A program made the translations under genes and the position numbers. From NCBI GenBank assembly GCA_013343275.1, contig CP046106.1, positions 224,001 through 288,000 of the forward strand: a stretch of DNA of 64,000 nt, in the 5' to 3' direction. The notes beneath the pieces are model-generated. The model was not told the origin of the DNA. It did not search any database and saw only the letters and a program-made list of their open reading frames with translations. Positions 18,170 to 27,608 of this stretch are shown here, piece by piece. Source of the DNA: Candidatus Nanohaloarchaea archaeon (GTDB lineage: Archaea; Nanohalarchaeota; Nanosalinia; Nanosalinales; Nanosalinaceae). Every line of letters begins with the position of its first letter. Positions within the stretch are counted from its first letter, which is position 1.

Positions 18170-19648
18170 ATGAGCCAGGAACTCGGTATCACGGTAAAGA
18201 AAGATCAGAACCCTTCAGAATGGTATACGCAGGTAGTCCAGAAAGCAGAGCTAGCGGATTACGCACCTGTCAAGGGCTGCATGATAATCAAGCCGTACGG
18301 CAACAAGCTATGGGAATCAATCAAGGAAGACTTCAACTCCAAGATCACAGATACCGGGGTAGAAAACGCATACTTCCCACTATTCATACCGGAGAGCTAC
18401 CTGGAAAAAGAAGAAGATATTGTAGAAGGGTTTGATCCTGAAGTCGCATGGGTAACACATGGAGGCGACAAAGAACTGGAGGAAAGACTTGCAGTAAGGC
18501 CTACATCTGAAAGCATAATCGCACCATACATGGCTGACGAAGTAAGAAGCCACAGAGACCTGCCTCTAAGACTCAATCAGTGGGCCAACGTTGTACGCTG
18601 GGAAGCCACAGACACAAGGCCTTTCCTGAGGACCAGAGAGTTCCTCTGGCAGGAAGGACACACAGCACATGCAACAGAGGAAAGTGCTGACGAAGAGACT
18701 ATGTTGAGGCTGGAGCAGTATCAGGAAGTAATCGAAGATCACCTTGCCATTCCTTCGATCCTGGGTTACAAGCCGGAGCATGATAAGTTCCCGGGCGCCA
18801 AATACACTACAACAATCGAAACCTTGATGCCGGATGGAAAAAGTATTCAGTCGGGAACATCTCACCAGCTGGGCCAGCACTTTGCCGAGGCCTTCGAGAT
18901 AGAGTTCGAGGATGAGGACTCGGATACTCAGACTGCGTGGACGACGTCCTGGGGCCTCTCAACAAGGACGATCGGTGCTTTGATCATGGCACACGGTGAC
19001 GATGATGGCCTTAGATTGCCTCCTCGTGTTGCACCGACACAAGTGGTCGTCGTACCTATCTATCAGGAGGACAATCAGGAAGAAGTAGTTGAATACGCAG
19101 AAAAAGTGACGGAAGAGCTCGAAGCTGAAGGCCTGAGAGTAGACCTCGATGACAGAGATCACAGAACTCCTGGCTACAAGTTCAACGAATGGGAGTTGAA
19201 AGGAGTACCTCTCAGAGTAGAGATAGGGCCTAACGAAGTAGAAGACGATGCAGTTACACCTGTTAGAAGAGACAGCGGCGAGAAAAACATGGGCCAGGAC
19301 AGAGAAGAGTTCGTGGAGGAAGCCGAAGAAGTACTGGAAAACATCCAGGAATCACTTTACAACGAGTTAGAAGAGTATCTGCATGAAAATATCAGAGAGG
19401 CCGACTCGAAGAACGAGATTCTGGCGACAATAGGCAAGAACCGTGGATACGTCAAGGCCCGATGGTGCGGAAAAGAGGAATGCGAGGCCGAAGTGAAGGA
19501 CGAAGTCTCTGCCGAGATCGTAGTGCTACCGTTCCGAGAGGACTCCAAGCCTGCTACTATCCAGGCCTCCGAAGAACACATCGACGGAGAATGCGCAGTC
19601 TGCGGTGAAGAAGCCGAGAGATGGGCCTACTTTGCGAAAAATTACTGA
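18170..19648 (+). CDS. proS: Prolyl-tRNA synthetase, archaeal/eukaryotic type (housekeeping)
   Basis: AVRPTSE, NQWANVVRWE, PFLRTREFLWQEGHT, TSWGLSTR, C-terminal Zn domain ending FAKNY. Confidence 0.97.
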   Translation: MSQELGITVKKDQNPSEWYTQVVQKAELADYAPVKGCMIIKPYGNKLWESIKEDFNSKITDTGVENAYFPLFIPESYLEKEEDIVEGFDPEVAWVTHGGDKELEERLAVRPTSESIIAPYMADEVRSHRDLPLRLNQWANVVRWEATDTRPFLRTREFLWQEGHTAHATEESADEETMLRLEQYQEVIEDHLAIPSILGYKPEHDKFPGAKYTTTIETLMPDGKSIQSGTSHQLGQHFAEAFEIEFEDEDSDTQTAWTTSWGLSTRTIGALIMAHGDDDGLRLPPRVAPTQVVVVPIYQEDNQEEVVEYAEKVTEELEAEGLRVDLDDRDHRTPGYKFNEWELKGVPLRVEIGPNEVEDDAVTPVRRDSGEKNMGQDREEFVEEAEEVLENIQESLYNELEEYLHENIREADSKNEILATIGKNRGYVKARWCGKEECEAEVKDEVSAEIVVLPFREDSKPATIQASEEHIDGECAVCGEEAERWAYFAKNY

Positions 19649-19715
19649 GGGAGTAATTTTTCTCTCTTTTCTCTTGCTTACGTTTTCTTAAGCTTCAGGC
19701 CCGACTAACTGCTTT

Positions 19716-20987
19716 ATGATCCTCAAAAACATTCGATACCTGGTAACTCAGAACGATGATCGGCAGATTATAGAGGATGTTGATCTGTTGATTCATGGTG
19801 ACAGGATTGCTGGTATAGGCCATCAGATACCTGCTGGGAACCACAGGATAATTGACTGCAGCAACAAGGTGGTGATGCCGGGCCTGATAAATGCTCATAC
19901 TCATGTTTCGATGACTCTTCTGCGTGGGATTTCTGATAACAAGGAGTTGCAGGACTGGCTTGAGGAAGATATATTTCCCGCCGAGGAGAAGCTGGAAGAG
20001 GAGGATGCCTACATAGGTGCTCTTCTGGGATGTATGGAGATGCTGACAACCGGTACAACTACATTCAACGATATGTATGATCATATGGATCAGGTCGCCG
20101 AGGCCGTAGATCAGACAGGTATCCGTGCTATGCTTGGAAGAGGCCTTCTGGATGTTGATGGTGAGAGAGACAGGAGAGTGGATGAAGCGATTGAACTGGT
20201 TGAGAGCTGCCGTGGCCATGGTAGGATCTCTACCTGTTTCGCCCCTCACGGAGTTTACACTGCTTCGGAACAGCTTCTACTAGAGGCCAAGGACTGTGCA
20301 GAGATCTTCAACACCTCATATCACATTCATGTCTCGGAAACCGAGAAAGAAGTAAATGACTCGATAGATGAAAACGAGAAACCGCCGCTGGAATACCTCA
20401 ACGAACTGGGACTTGTAAACAACGATTTGATAGCAGCACATGGAGTCTGGCTGACGGATAAGGAAAAGCAGATCATGGCAGAAAAAGGAGGAAATGTGAT
20501 CCACAACCCTGCAGCAAACCTGAAACTAGGTTCGGGGATCGCAGACATACCGGAAATAATGGAGAAGGAGATCAACGTAGCTCTCGGAACCGATGGCGTA
20601 GCATCCAACAACAACCTCAACCTGTTCGAAGAGGCAAAACTTGCATCAATACTTCACAAGAGGAACAACCCGGAAAAGATCAATGAACAGCAGATACTCG
20701 ATATGGCCACGATAAACGGTGCGAAAGCACTGGGGCTGGAAGATGAGATAGGATCTATAGAGCTCGGGAAGAAAGCCGACCTGATAACGATAGACCTTGA
20801 CTCGCCGGATATGACTCCTGTACACGGCAAGAAAGGCCTGATATCCAATATAGTGTACTCGTTCTCAGGGAAGGTTGACGATGTAGTAGTCGATGGCGAA
20901 CCCGTTGTTCAGGGTGGAGAGGTCGTTAAAGTAGGTAGAGAGAAAATTTTGAAGTACGCAGCAGATCTATCGGAAAAGTTCGAATAA
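19716..20987 (+). CDS. Amidohydrolase, MTA/SAH deaminase (MtaD-like)
   Basis: PGLINAHTH, HIHVSET, AHGVW, LGTDG metal-binding motifs. Confidence 0.85.
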   Translation: MILKNIRYLVTQNDDRQIIEDVDLLIHGDRIAGIGHQIPAGNHRIIDCSNKVVMPGLINAHTHVSMTLLRGISDNKELQDWLEEDIFPAEEKLEEEDAYIGALLGCMEMLTTGTTTFNDMYDHMDQVAEAVDQTGIRAMLGRGLLDVDGERDRRVDEAIELVESCRGHGRISTCFAPHGVYTASEQLLLEAKDCAEIFNTSYHIHVSETEKEVNDSIDENEKPPLEYLNELGLVNNDLIAAHGVWLTDKEKQIMAEKGGNVIHNPAANLKLGSGIADIPEIMEKEINVALGTDGVASNNNLNLFEEAKLASILHKRNNPEKINEQQILDMATINGAKALGLEDEIGSIELGKKADLITIDLDSPDMTPVHGKKGLISNIVYSFSGKVDDVVVDGEPVVQGGEVVKVGREKILKYAADLSEKFE

Positions 20988-21038
20988 GAAGTAGAGAGTA
21001 AAAAGATTTTTACAAGCCAGGTCAGCTTTACAGATGAC

Positions 21039-21275
21039 ATGGACGAAGTACTGGATATCCTGACAGAGTTTGCGCCTATCGAAACCCTGATATCCATAAT
21101 CGCCGGCCTGATGATGGTAGCAGGCCTTATCGTAACGGTTGGAGGCTACTTCCTCAACCTTAACCTCTTCGACGAACTAGGGATTGCGGTAGGAGTAGTA
21201 CTGATAATCGCTGGAGTACTGCTATACGTCTTCAGCTCTGTAGCAGGAGAGGCCCTGGAGCTAGTCCTCGGCTAG
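21039..21275 (+). CDS. Small two-TM membrane protein
   Basis: 78 aa, two hydrophobic helices. Confidence 0.65.
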   Translation: MDEVLDILTEFAPIETLISIIAGLMMVAGLIVTVGGYFLNLNLFDELGIAVGVVLIIAGVLLYVFSSVAGEALELVLG

Positions 21276-21306
21276 AAAAGAAGAAAAAAGGCCTTCTTTT
21301 CTTTTT

Positions 21307-22415
21307 CTATACTTTTGCGTCTTTCAACTCTGGTTTCTCATCGATGCTCGGGATAGTTTTCTTCTGCTTGATCCTGCGGAACTTATCATGATCTTTAGGT
21401 TCTAGCAGGGTAATAGCTTCTCCTTCACGACCCTGGCGTCCTGCACGGCCGATCTGTGAGTGTAGGTGTCTGCTGTATCCGGTACGTCATAGTTGAAAAC
21501 ATGTGTTACCCGGTCTACATCGATTCCACGTGCTGCGACATCAGTCGCGACTACGACTTTGATCTCGCCGTTTGCGAACTTCTCCAGAGTGTCTTCTCTC
21601 TGGTTCTGGTTCATATCGCCGTTAAGCTCCTGTGCATCGATACCGTTTTTCCTCAGCTTGTCTGCAAGCCAGCGGGTAGTAGCCTTTGTCTGGCAGAAAA
21701 CAACGGATAGATCTCTATCCTTCTTCTCTAGGAAGGTGTACAGAAGCGAGAGCTTCTTGTCGGACTTTGCGTTAACGTATTTCTCATCGAGATTTCGTGT
21801 CTGCTTGCTTTTCTTGATCCTTATAGTCTCCGGATCAATATCGTATCGGTCGCACATCTTCTTCAGTGAACGTGGAATCGTGGCGCCGAAAAGAAGGTTC
21901 TGACGTTCATCTGGAAGATAGCTGATAATATCCTCCAGTTCGTCCTGGAAACCCATGTCAAGCATGCGGTCTGCCTCATCCAGAACAAAGAAATCCAGAT
22001 TATCGACTTTAAGCTGGCCTTTGCCCAGTAGATCGAGAACTCTTCCCGGTGTACCGACCACTATATTGGCCTTTTTCGCTCCCTCGATCTGAGGCTCGTA
22101 ACTTACTCCACCGTAGATAGTAACTGTTTCGACAGGCTTGCCGGCAGCTGTATCAATCTCTTTCGTAATTTGCTTCGCCAGTTCCCTTGTAGGCGATAGA
22201 ATCAAGGCCTGTGTATCGCTTCCGTGGACCTGCTCCATTATAGGTAGGGAGAATGCCAGTGTCTTACCGGATCCTGTCTCGGACTCGACCATGAGGTCTT
22301 TGCCCTCGAAAACTTTAGGTATAGCTTTTTCCTGTACTTCTGTAGGTTCTGTAATACCGTGTTTCTCCAGTTTCTCAACTGTCCTGTCTGAAATATTAAG
22401 CTCTGAAAAATTCAT
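21307..22415 (-). pseudogene. DEAD-box RNA helicase with a 1-nt frameshift in motif VI (real lesion or assembly error)
   Basis: Q motif, ETGSGKT, PTRELA, DEAD, ARGID. At about 21453 CAC AGA TCG breaks HRIGR; the -1 frame continues IGRAGRQGREGEAITLL to a stop at 21307. Confidence 0.85.
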
Positions 22416-22475
22416 CTTACTAAATCAAATCCTCGTATTATACCAAAGTATTGGCCCTCTGTCTTTTTAGGTATA

Positions 22476-23420
22476 TTACTTTTCCAGGAACACAGGTTTT
22501 CCTCTGTCCAGCATCTTTTCTTCTCCAAGCCAGACGGTAGGGCTCTCGCAGACAGCATCCCAGTGTACACTGCAAGGGTTGTATCTTTCGTGATCTTCCG
22601 GGAAGTAGTGGGTATTGTCGCCGAACGCTATGTGGACTGTTCCAAGCACTTTCTCGTCCTGCAGAGTTTTACCTATCAATGTGGCCTCAGGATTTGTCCC
22701 GAAACCGAACTCAGCTATATTCCTCACGCATTCATCTTCCATTGCATCCTTCAGCTTGGATTCTCCCTTCACCTCTACAACCTGCGAGTTCTCTATTACT
22801 ACTTCAGTTCCTGAATCCGCATGAGGGAAGTGATCTATAACCAGAGTACCATTCATCTCTATCACTCCTCCATGAACCTCTCCAGCCGGAAGATTACCGA
22901 AGTCTCCCGGCTCATGTATTATCCCGGTATCTGTAAAGAAGGAGTCCATACGAACCTTGAACTCAAGATCTGTGCCTGAAGGAGTCTCAATTCTTATTTT
23001 CTGGCCTTCTTCAAGAAATGAGAAAGCTTTCTGTGAAATTTCCTCTATCCTGCTGTAGTCGGCCTGCAAGGAGCCTGTCCAGATCTCCTTGTTAACTCCA
23101 GGAAGCGTAGCTCCTCTTGCACCTGCTTTATTGGCATCTACACGGGCCTGTGTATGGCTTATAGACTTGACTGTAGGAGCAATAAACACATCTGAGCTCT
23201 TCATAGCCTCTGCAACATCCTCCGGTGGCTCGGTTCCAGAGGTATCAGGCTCAGGGTATTCTCTGTACTCCAGACTTCCAGCTTTCCTTTCCGTAACTGA
23301 ACGTAAGGCCTCTATGATGTCTGGGTCGTTCCCATCATCAACTATCACAACAGACTCATCGCTACCGATATCCAGACACTGGTTCACAATTCTTTCAGCA
23401 CCTTTCTCCAGATCCATCAT
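22476..23420 (-). CDS. Aminopeptidase, M29/thermophilic metalloprotease-like
   Basis: GNLPAGEV, IAEFGFGTNP, DEKVLGTVHIAFG, HWD motifs. Confidence 0.85.
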   Translation of the reverse strand: MMDLEKGAERIVNQCLDIGSDESVVIVDDGNDPDIIEALRSVTERKAGSLEYREYPEPDTSGTEPPEDVAEAMKSSDVFIAPTVKSISHTQARVDANKAGARGATLPGVNKEIWTGSLQADYSRIEEISQKAFSFLEEGQKIRIETPSGTDLEFKVRMDSFFTDTGIIHEPGDFGNLPAGEVHGGVIEMNGTLVIDHFPHADSGTEVVIENSQVVEVKGESKLKDAMEDECVRNIAEFGFGTNPEATLIGKTLQDEKVLGTVHIAFGDNTHYFPEDHERYNPCSVHWDAVCESPTVWLGEEKMLDRGKPVFLEK

Positions 23421-24508
23421 CTATCCACCTCGAAATCCGATACAAAGTCCATCATGATGCTGTAGTAATCACCGAGACTGTCGATCACTGCGTACTCGTT
23501 CGGAGCGTGAGCATTGTAGCCCTCAGGTCCGAAGACGACGGCAGGGATACCGTGCTCTGTCAGAAACCTCATATCACTGCCTGGCTCCTTACGGGAGATC
23601 TTGCATTCCTCCTCAAATTTTTCAGCTGAACTCTTCAAGGTCTGAACATGTCTATTGTCGTGATCGGTCGAGAGCATCGACTCATTTAGCGACGCCTCAA
23701 CTTCAAGCCCTTCTATACTCCGGATATCCTCCAGTACTTCCTCGTTAGGGTACTCTCTGGCAGTCCTGATATCCAGCCAGGCCTCTGTTATTTCCGGCAC
23801 TTTGTTGGTTGATTCCCCGCTTTCCAACTTTCCAAGGTTTACTGTTGTAACCCATTTTTCGCCATCCTTGTGGTCAGCAAATAGATCTCTGATATCGGGC
23901 CATTTATCCATGAACTTTTTCGCTGCGTTCTCACCGTTCCACGGCCTCGATCCATGCGCCGAGAGGCCTTTTGCAGTTACTTTCAGCCATAGAATTCCTT
24001 TCTGATCTGTAATTATGTCCATATAGCCTTCCTGGTTATTCGGTTCCGCTGATACCGCGAACTCTGGAGAGTAATGTTCTTCGAAGAGGTAGCCAGCGCC
24101 GTTGAACCCGCCTTTTTCCTCGTCTGAGACTATCATCAGGCCTACGCTTGGTTGCTTATCTTTCAGATCCTTCATTACCTGCATGAGTGCGGCGACTCCT
24201 GCCTTCATGTCGCCTGTTCCTCTACCATAAAGCTTTCCATCTTCTCTTTCTGGCTGGAACATTTCATCTGGTGCCTCTATTACGTCGATATGGCCGTGCA
24301 GCATCAGATCAGGATTGTCATCGCCGAAAGTGATAACCATGGAAGGGATGCCCTCATTTTCATGTCTGTTGACCTCGAACTCTGGTTCGGAGAAGTAGTC
24401 CTCGATAAAGTCCAGGCACCTGTTTATCTCCTTCAGGTCGTCGTTTGTGGATTTGAACTTCACAAGTTCCTCGGTAAGTTCCAGTATCTGGTCCTGTTTA
24501 TCGGCCAT
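23417..24508 (-). CDS. M20 family metallopeptidase (ArgE/DapE-like)
   Basis: HGHIDV, GRGTGDMK, DEE, AHGSRPW, GSDMR, AHAPNE motifs. Confidence 0.9.
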   Translation of the reverse strand: MADKQDQILELTEELVKFKSTNDDLKEINRCLDFIEDYFSEPEFEVNRHENEGIPSMVITFGDDNPDLMLHGHIDVIEAPDEMFQPEREDGKLYGRGTGDMKAGVAALMQVMKDLKDKQPSVGLMIVSDEEKGGFNGAGYLFEEHYSPEFAVSAEPNNQEGYMDIITDQKGILWLKVTAKGLSAHGSRPWNGENAAKKFMDKWPDIRDLFADHKDGEKWVTTVNLGKLESGESTNKVPEITEAWLDIRTAREYPNEEVLEDIRSIEGLEVEASLNESMLSTDHDNRHVQTLKSSAEKFEEECKISRKEPGSDMRFLTEHGIPAVVFGPEGYNAHAPNEYAVIDSLGDYYSIMMDFVSDFEVDR

Positions 24509-24560
24509 ACCCAGTTATTACCGGAGAATTGTCTTAAATTTTCAGGAACAAACATGTAGT

Positions 24561-24821
24561 ATGGAATTTGACTGGTTTGACCAAGCAGTTGACTATGCGG
24601 AAGAAGAGTACGGAGAGCTCGAGGGCCGTGAGTTCGAGGCATCTGTCAGAAAATCTCTTTCAGCACTAGGTTTCGACACAACCTTTGTCCAGGATGTAGA
24701 ACTTGATGAAGGTGTTGTCAACAGTTACCGGGTTGAAACCGATGAAGGAGATTACAGGATCGCAGTTCACAGAGATCAGTCTGAAATAGAGATCTATGAT
24801 AGGCCTGACCATCTGGCGTAA
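24561..24821 (+). CDS. Small acidic hypothetical protein
   Basis: Start reassigned to MEFDWF to avoid overlap with the divergent peptidase; acidic composition typical of the genome. Confidence 0.6.
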   Translation: MEFDWFDQAVDYAEEEYGELEGREFEASVRKSLSALGFDTTFVQDVELDEGVVNSYRVETDEGDYRIAVHRDQSEIEIYDRPDHLA

Positions 24822-24853
24822 AAGATAAATTTCTCATTCCTTCATTATTCTGC

Positions 24854-25231
24854 ATGAGCTCTCAAAAAGAAGCCGGAAATACTTTTGAAAGAGTTATAGA
24901 TGCCGCACCAGACACGCTCTACGGCGATTACTCTGATGTAAGTGATCTTGAGGACAGGTACGTGATTTTCGAATATAAGGATATTGATGAAGGCATCAAT
25001 GTAATTTCCTCCGAGGAGATTGGAATGATTCTCGAGGCCGGAGCTGCGAATGACCAAGAATTTCCTCTTTTCAGAGGTATCGAGGCCAGCGAAGGATATG
25101 TCAGAAATGCCCTGGAGAATGGAGAGGGACTGATGGCTGCAAGAATAAGAGAAGGAGAAATTGATGATGCAGGTTACATGATTGAAGAAGGAGAGCTGAA
25201 AGGCCTCATGACCTTCGAATCAACTAACTGA
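24854..25231 (+). CDS. Acidic hypothetical protein
   Basis: 125-aa ORF with genome-typical composition. Confidence 0.6.
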   Translation: MSSQKEAGNTFERVIDAAPDTLYGDYSDVSDLEDRYVIFEYKDIDEGINVISSEEIGMILEAGAANDQEFPLFRGIEASEGYVRNALENGEGLMAARIREGEIDDAGYMIEEGELKGLMTFESTN

Positions 25232-26401
25232 AACATTTCTCACCCCTTCTACCGGTCCCTGCCCATGATCGCTGTATTCGGTGCCTGTGGCTTCAAGTGC
25301 TTCCTCAGCGGAATCGATTAACTGGATCTCACCGGTTCCGTCTTTATGGAACTGATAACCCATTGCATCGCTGACCTCATCACCGTAGTTAATGGCCTCT
25401 GGGCTGTATCTTTCTGGGTTAAATCCGGCATCGGAAAGCCTGTCTGCGACATCCCATGCTGACTGATGGTTGGCATCGAACTCTACGCCAACCCAGCGAA
25501 TGCTGTCGTCTTCAAGGGCCTGTTCAATGCTGTAGGCCTCGTCCTCCTCGCTTTCTTCAACCTGCTTTTCTGGGTCAAGTGCCGACATGACATCGTCAAG
25601 CGAATGTTCTCCTCCGTGGAGGATGCGGAAGCTGGCCATCTCACCGGTTTCATCGTCGTAGGTCTTCTGCTCAACTCGGTAACCCGTATCGGTAGAGCCT
25701 CCGGAACCCACTTCAAACTCTCTGGCCACACGCTCATCACGCTCCTCGTTTAAACTGGAGTGCACGTGATCCACTAGGCCTATATTCTCGTCAGTTACGT
25801 AGACCTCTCTGGAGTTCTCACCGGTGTACTCAAAGTTGCCGTCAGGATAAACCATAGGAACAACTGTCTCACGGCCTTCTCCAGCGAATACCTCAGGGTA
25901 CTTGTTCAGGCTGACTCCTTCAGGTACTGCTCCCTTCTTTTCATGGCCGTGCTGAGTCTTCGCATGAACAGAGGAGACAGGATGGGTAACATACCTGTCG
26001 GCGTCGGACTGTCTAGCTGTTTCAACCCTCTGATCCACGAGGTCCTGGTAGAAAGGTGCGCCATCCATTTCCTGAAACTCTGGATCCAGAACAATCCCTC
26101 CGAACTCGGCCTCATGGCCATCACGGTGATACTTTACAGATCCTGTACCGACAACAGTATCCTCCGGTATTTCTTCGCCTTCAACTTCTTGGCCTCCCGC
26201 TACTTCAACTACAAAGTTATCGCTGCCTTCTCCAGGGATTACTTCTTCCTCAACCATTTCAGGGTCTGTGAAGGCCACGAAAGGATAGTCCTCGTAGACT
26301 GCGTTGTAAGCTCCTGCTATGCCTTCGGCATCGAGTTCCTGTTCTCGGGCAGGTCTTACTTTGTACTCTACTGATTTCTGTTCTTGCTCCAAGTAGGCCA
26401 C
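25220..26401 (-). CDS. GNAT-fold N-acyltransferase-like protein
   Basis: VRPA..DAEGIA.AY..VY.DYPF...DP, VVGTGSV, AEFGGIVLDPEFQ resemble the N-terminal GNAT of AblB/YodP-like acetyltransferases. Confidence 0.6.
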   Translation of the reverse strand: MAYLEQEQKSVEYKVRPAREQELDAEGIAGAYNAVYEDYPFVAFTDPEMVEEEVIPGEGSDNFVVEVAGGQEVEGEEIPEDTVVGTGSVKYHRDGHEAEFGGIVLDPEFQEMDGAPFYQDLVDQRVETARQSDADRYVTHPVSSVHAKTQHGHEKKGAVPEGVSLNKYPEVFAGEGRETVVPMVYPDGNFEYTGENSREVYVTDENIGLVDHVHSSLNEERDERVAREFEVGSGGSTDTGYRVEQKTYDDETGEMASFRILHGGEHSLDDVMSALDPEKQVEESEEDEAYSIEQALEDDSIRWVGVEFDANHQSAWDVADRLSDAGFNPERYSPEAINYGDEVSDAMGYQFHKDGTGEIQLIDSAEEALEATGTEYSDHGQGPVEGVRNVSVS

Positions 26402-26478
26402 CTATAGCTGCTGTTTTCTTGCTGATTTTTGCCTGTTTGTGCGTTGCGTCGTGTTGTAATGATGTGTTGTAGTGTCAT
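26368..26478 (-). CDS. 36-aa uORF overlapping the GNAT start, or the true N-terminus separated by a frameshift
   Basis: GAGGTGA SD-like sequence, then ATG ACA CTA CAA...; MTLQHIITTRRNAQTGKNQQENSSYRWPTWSKNRNQ. Confidence 0.4.
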   Translation of the reverse strand: MTLQHIITTRRNAQTGKNQQENSSYRWPTWSKNRNQ

Positions 26479-26507
26479 TGAATTTCACCTCAAAAAGCAG
26501 AATGAGA

Positions 26508-26531
26508 CTGTAGAGGTCTTTAGCTCTACAG
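26508..26531 (-). terminator. Hairpin followed by a pyrimidine/U tract in the GNAT leader (attenuator-like)
   Basis: CTGTAGAG-N8-CTCTACAG then TCTCATTCTGCTTTTT on the minus strand. Confidence 0.5.
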
Positions 26532-26631
26532 AATCAGGATAATCAGCAGGATAATAGAAATACCGGGTGCTAGCTGATCAAGATCTGAAACAGAATTAAA
26601 GCTTTGAGAGTCAAGGCTAGAGGTGAAGCTA

Positions 26632-26709
26632 TTACTTAGTCTGTAGAACGCGGCCACCCTTCTCGAGCTGGCCTTCAATAAAGCGTCCACCCGTGATTGC
26701 CTTGGACAT
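26632..26709 (-). CDS. Putative leader peptide MSKAITGGRFIEGQLEKGGRVLQTK
   Basis: TATA-like TTTTATAAAA at 26731-26740 and GGAGG just upstream; two GGR motifs. Confidence 0.5.
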   Translation of the reverse strand: MSKAITGGRFIEGQLEKGGRVLQTK

Positions 26710-26854
26710 ACCTCCAGTTAGGTGATTACTTTTTATAAAAATTCTGCTTAACAGGCCGTTGTGGAGGAGTTCCACATACCTATTTAAAGATAAGAGAGGA
26801 ATCTTTGCTTAGTAAGTTTTAATCCGTGAAAGTTTTTCTCGGGGATGATTTATA

Positions 26855-27505
26855 ATGGAAAATAACCAGGTTCAGACGAAACAGGACATGGACGAATTCA
26901 AAACAGGCACGACTACAGTAGGCCTAACAACCGATAAAGGAGTTATTCTGGCAGCTGACCGGAGAGCCTCAATGGGAAGGCTTACAGCTTCAAAGTACGC
27001 CAAGAAGGTGTACAAGCTGGATGATCAGATAGGCCTTACAATCGCTGGCAGCGTCGGCGATGCACAGAAGATTATCAGGATGATGAGAAGCCAGCTCAAC
27101 CTGCACAAGCTGGAGACCAAGGAACTATCGGTCAAAGGAGCAGGAACACTACTATCTAACATACTACACGGCCACAAAGCCATGCCGTTCTTCAACCAGT
27201 TCATCATGGGCGGAATCGAAGACGGCGAAGGAGTACTCTACGACCTGGATCCTGCAGGAGGCCTGATGAAGCACGAGAAGTTCACGGCCACAGGATCAGG
27301 AAGCCAGATGGCTTACGGAGTACTTGAGGACAAGTTCGAGCAGGAACTTGACCACGAAGAGGGAAGAAAACTTGCAACACGAGCAGTACAGGCTGCCATG
27401 GAAAGAGACACGGCCTCCGGAAACGGAATTATGGTAGCTGAAATCACTGAAGACGATGGCTACCGTGTGCTCGATGAGAAAGAAGTAGAGAGCGTTCTCA
27501 AGTAA
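26855..27505 (+). CDS. psmB: Proteasome subunit beta
   Basis: Propeptide then KTG|TTTVG, AADRRAS, GSVGDAQ, ATGSGS, RDTASG. Confidence 0.96.
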   Translation: MENNQVQTKQDMDEFKTGTTTVGLTTDKGVILAADRRASMGRLTASKYAKKVYKLDDQIGLTIAGSVGDAQKIIRMMRSQLNLHKLETKELSVKGAGTLLSNILHGHKAMPFFNQFIMGGIEDGEGVLYDLDPAGGLMKHEKFTATGSGSQMAYGVLEDKFEQELDHEEGRKLATRAVQAAMERDTASGNGIMVAEITEDDGYRVLDEKEVESVLK

Positions 27506-27608
27506 AGGTTTTCTCTCCTCTTCTCTTACTTACTTTATTTTACTTCAGGGTTTCGTACATAGCAAAAATTTATACAGAGTATTTTAACAACAAGGATTGA
27601 TTGACAAA

